This document shows, piece by piece, positions 17,122 to 19,883 of a DNA stretch of 19,883 nt. The stretch covers positions 1 to 19,883 of the forward strand of contig JBDGSL010000078.1 in NCBI GenBank assembly GCA_042217555.1, given 5' to 3'. Both the position numbers and the translations under genes were made by a program. How positions within the stretch are numbered: the stretch's first letter is position 1; each line of letters begins with the position of its first letter. The notes under the pieces were generated by a model. It was not told where the DNA came from. It did not search any database and saw nothing but the letters and a program-made list of their open reading frames with translations. The stretch is from Candidatus Nanohalobium sp. (lineage in GTDB: Archaea > Nanohalarchaeota > Nanosalinia > Nanosalinales > Nanosalinaceae).

Positions 17122-18495
17122 ATGGAGGGTTTTGTTAATAGGCGTGATGAGTTGGATAGGCTTAATTCTCTGTTTGATTCCAGGGAGGCTGAGTTGGCTG
17201 TTGTCTACGGGAGAAGGAGGGTTGGCAAGACGGCTTTGGTGACTCAGGCGATTGAAGGTAGGGAGAATGCGGTCTACTATCAGGCGGTAGAAACTACGAA
17301 AAAAGATCAGATAGAAAGTTTCATGGCTACGGTTAAAGAGGAGTTTCCAGAGATAGAAGATTTGAGGAAGAGCTGGGAGCCGGTTTTGAAGTACTTGATA
17401 CAGGAAGAAGCGATAATTGTGCTTGATGAGTTCCCGTATCTTGTGGATTCGGATGAAAGTCTGCCATCTGTTTTGCAGAGGCTCTGGGATCATGAAACAG
17501 ATAACTCGGAGGCAAAACTGGTTCTCACAGGGTCTTCCATCGGAATGATGTATGATATCGCCTTGGAGGGTGGACCGCTTTACGGCAGGGTTTCACAGAA
17601 CCCGAACGGAGAGTTTTCAGTTGACCAGCTGCCTTTCAGCGCTGCGACAGAGTTTTTCCCCGGTTACAGTGATGAGGAAAAAGTACTGGCATTCGGAATT
17701 TTCGGTGGAACGCCGCACTACCTCAACGCGGTCGACTCAGAGAAAAGTATTGCGGAAAACGTCCAGGAAACTATTCTATCACAGGGCGGCGGACTACACG
17801 ATGAACCGGAGACGGTGCTGAGAATGGAGCTGGACGAGGTAAACCGGTACTTCGCCGCTTTGAAGTCTATGGCTAGAGGAAACCGATCCAGAAATGAGAT
17901 AGTAAACGACACCGGTATAGAACAGTCCAGCGCTGGATACTACCTTAATAGGCTTGAAAAACTGCATATAATACAGAGAGATCATCCTGTAACAGAAGAC
18001 CCGAGAAAATCCCGGAAGACTCGTTACAGGATAAGAGACCGGTTTTTCAAGTTCTGGTTCCGGTTTGTATACGGCCAGACCACGAGGTATGATCTCTACG
18101 GAGAGAACGCCTATAAAGACTTTATAGAGCCGGAGATAGCTGATTTCACGAGCGAAACCTTTGAGTATCTCTGTCAGGAAGCTTCAGTAAACCTTCACTC
18201 CGATCTCAAATTCAGGAAGATAGGGCGTTGGTGGAGGAAAGGCAGAGAAATAGATGTCATCGGACTAACTAACTCAGATAAGATTCTGGTTGGAGAAGCC
18301 AAGTTCACATCTTCTCCGCTTGGATACAACACGCTTTCAAAACTGGAGGGAGACGCAGCAAACCTGAACATTGACAAGGAAAAAAGATACGCACTTTTCT
18401 CAAGAAACGGGTTTAAAGAATCAGTGAAAGAAGCTGCTGGTGAAAGAGAGGATCTGTATCTCCATGATCTCGGGGATATAATCAGAAACTTGTAG
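17122..18495 (+). CDS. Archaeal ATPase (COG1672 type) with wHTH and DUF234 PD-(D/E)XK-like C-terminal domain
   Basis: Motifs FVNRRDEL, Walker A YGRRRVGKT, Walker B IVLDEFPY, GGTPHYL, DRFFKFWFRFV and WW...EIDV...GEAK. Confidence 0.92.
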   Translation: MEGFVNRRDELDRLNSLFDSREAELAVVYGRRRVGKTALVTQAIEGRENAVYYQAVETTKKDQIESFMATVKEEFPEIEDLRKSWEPVLKYLIQEEAIIVLDEFPYLVDSDESLPSVLQRLWDHETDNSEAKLVLTGSSIGMMYDIALEGGPLYGRVSQNPNGEFSVDQLPFSAATEFFPGYSDEEKVLAFGIFGGTPHYLNAVDSEKSIAENVQETILSQGGGLHDEPETVLRMELDEVNRYFAALKSMARGNRSRNEIVNDTGIEQSSAGYYLNRLEKLHIIQRDHPVTEDPRKSRKTRYRIRDRFFKFWFRFVYGQTTRYDLYGENAYKDFIEPEIADFTSETFEYLCQEASVNLHSDLKFRKIGRWWRKGREIDVIGLTNSDKILVGEAKFTSSPLGYNTLSKLEGDAANLNIDKEKRYALFSRNGFKESVKEAAGEREDLYLHDLGDIIRNL

Positions 18496-18644
18496 AACCG
18501 GATCATATCAGCTACACGATGTTAAGCTCTACAACTTGACCTATCCTTGATCGAGTAATCAATAAGATAGTGCTATCTGCACAAAGGGATGATTTGATAG
18601 GAGCCAGAGGTCTCCCAGAGTAATAAAAAGGATTAAACGGCAAA

Positions 18645-18679
18645 GGAAGCTCCACCGTTCACGGTGGAGAGGATGTCGC
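18645..18679 (+). mobile_element. IS200/IS605-family (IS1341/tnpB-type) right-end hairpin remnant
   Basis: ggaag-ctccaccgt-tc-acggtggag-aggatgtcgc matches the GAAGC-hairpin-AGGATGTCAC right-end pattern of haloarchaeal elements; no tnpA or tnpB in the window. Confidence 0.65.
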
Positions 18680-18767
18680 TTTGTATGCTTTCGGTTTTTC
18701 CCTTGTGTTGACGGTTCCCCGGGTTTTTCCTCTGGTTTTTTATTCTAGTATCCCGGTTTCTTGTGGT

Positions 18768-19541
18768 ATGCTGGGGCAGTCTGCTGTCGAGTACCTGACA
18801 ACTTATGGATGGATGGTTATCGCTGTCTCCATGGTTTCTGCAGTTGCGTATCCTGCACTGGATCGTGGATGTAGCGTGGAGGTAAGCGATGATATAGGCG
18901 GTGACTTAACGGTTGAAGGCGCTGGCGTAAGTGAAAACGGTACTTTCAAAGTGGTTCTGGACAGCGACACGGCCCAGGAGGTGACTGTGGAATCACTGCA
19001 GTTAAACAGCAGTGAGGACAGCTTCGAGGTCGTCAACCCTGAATCTGTACGGCCTAAAGGCAAGAAAGTTTACAGGATTGGAGAGGTGGAAAAGACAGGT
19101 AGCTGCGACAACTTTGACGTCGTCATGACATACGATAAAGGCCCTCTGAAAGATCAGCGAACACACCTGCAGATAAAGGGCTCACTGGAACTTGTGAAGA
19201 AGTTCAAGTCGCTGATACGTGAAATAGGAGACTCAGTTACAGAGATCGACATATACTCCACAGTAAAACCAACAGAGAAAACGCTTTGCATAGGAACCAG
19301 CTGTCCAACCACTGAAGGAGAAGTACAGGGCGACGAATACGTCAACTACAGCGGAGACGAGATGACAGGAACACTGAAAACCGGTGAAATAAAAGCACTG
19401 TGCTACGGCGTCAACTGCCCCACAGAAAAAGGAGACGAAGACGGATACGTCAACACAGAAGACGCACGCATGAACGGAACACTCAACCTTACAGAACTCA
19501 AACCCCTTTCAAAAGACGCAGAACAACTCATATTCAAATAA
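18768..19541 (+). CDS. Class III signal peptide (pilin-like) protein, paralogue of 4108-5133 lacking the PKD domain
   Basis: MLGQSAVEYLTTYGWMVIAV at ATG 18768; C-terminal CIGTSC...YVNYSGDEMTGTL and CYGVNC...YVNTEDARMNGTL repeats. Confidence 0.85.
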   Translation: MLGQSAVEYLTTYGWMVIAVSMVSAVAYPALDRGCSVEVSDDIGGDLTVEGAGVSENGTFKVVLDSDTAQEVTVESLQLNSSEDSFEVVNPESVRPKGKKVYRIGEVEKTGSCDNFDVVMTYDKGPLKDQRTHLQIKGSLELVKKFKSLIREIGDSVTEIDIYSTVKPTEKTLCIGTSCPTTEGEVQGDEYVNYSGDEMTGTLKTGEIKALCYGVNCPTEKGDEDGYVNTEDARMNGTLNLTELKPLSKDAEQLIFK

Positions 19542-19585
19542 AAACCAGGAAAAGCTTAAAACCAGAAAAACCAAAAACACAAACA

Positions 19586-19883
19586 ATGCAACTCAAAAAC
19601 CTGACACTTCTCACAGTAATAGCCCTCACAGCAGCACTCGCCACAGCCGAAATAGACTTCCGCAGCGACCAACCCATCGACTTCTACAACAACATAGACC
19701 TCAACAACCAGAGAATAGGAAACATCTCACAGCCAGTAAACTCAAACGACGCCGTACCACTTCAGTACCTCGGAAACTATGTTAATAGAAGTGGGGATAC
19801 TATGAACGGTTACCTCAACATGAACGGCAATAACATAACTGCTGTTGACAATCTTAAAACAGGAGGTCAGAACATTACAGTCC
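19586..19883 (+). CDS. 5' part of a fibre-like adhesin paralogous to 5171-7963 (runs off the window)
   Basis: MQLKNLTLLTVIALTAALATAEIDF...PVNSNDAV...YVNRSGDTMNGYLNMNGNNITAVDNLKTGGQNITV; 19787-19883 matches 5372-5468 at 95/97 nt. Confidence 0.88.
   Translation, partial: MQLKNLTLLTVIALTAALATAEIDFRSDQPIDFYNNIDLNNQRIGNISQPVNSNDAVPLQYLGNYVNRSGDTMNGYLNMNGNNITAVDNLKTGGQNITV

Overview
Archaeal DNA with an acidic, Glu-rich proteome, a BHB-type tRNA intron, a compact nop5-fibrillarin-ribL operon and class III pilin signals. This fits a halophilic DPANN archaeon such as a Nanohaloarchaeon, which is an inference. The left end (1-4010) holds two orphan genes, an intron-containing tRNA-Gly(TCC) followed by degenerate copies of its own 3' end, and housekeeping genes. 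From about 4100 to the end is a variable island bracketed by two paralogous units, each a pilin-like gene followed by a fibre-like adhesin gene (4108-7963 and 18768->19883). Between them lie an orphan adhesin tail and a series of toxin-antitoxin-like modules: a DUF6516-type pair, a frameshifted VapBC, four tandem MNT-HEPN pairs translationally coupled to a LamG adhesin, a PIN gene, an orphan antitoxin and a COG1672 ATPase-nuclease. The strongest unexplained signal is a ~38-bp direct repeat (consensus ATTACCGGATnTnnAATGTTGCGGTTGGTGTGAAGTAR) found five times in the same orientation, each at a module boundary, which suggests a cassette-accretion array. The adhesins also look modular, with lectin-like passenger domains set between repeated linkers that are near-identical at DNA level.
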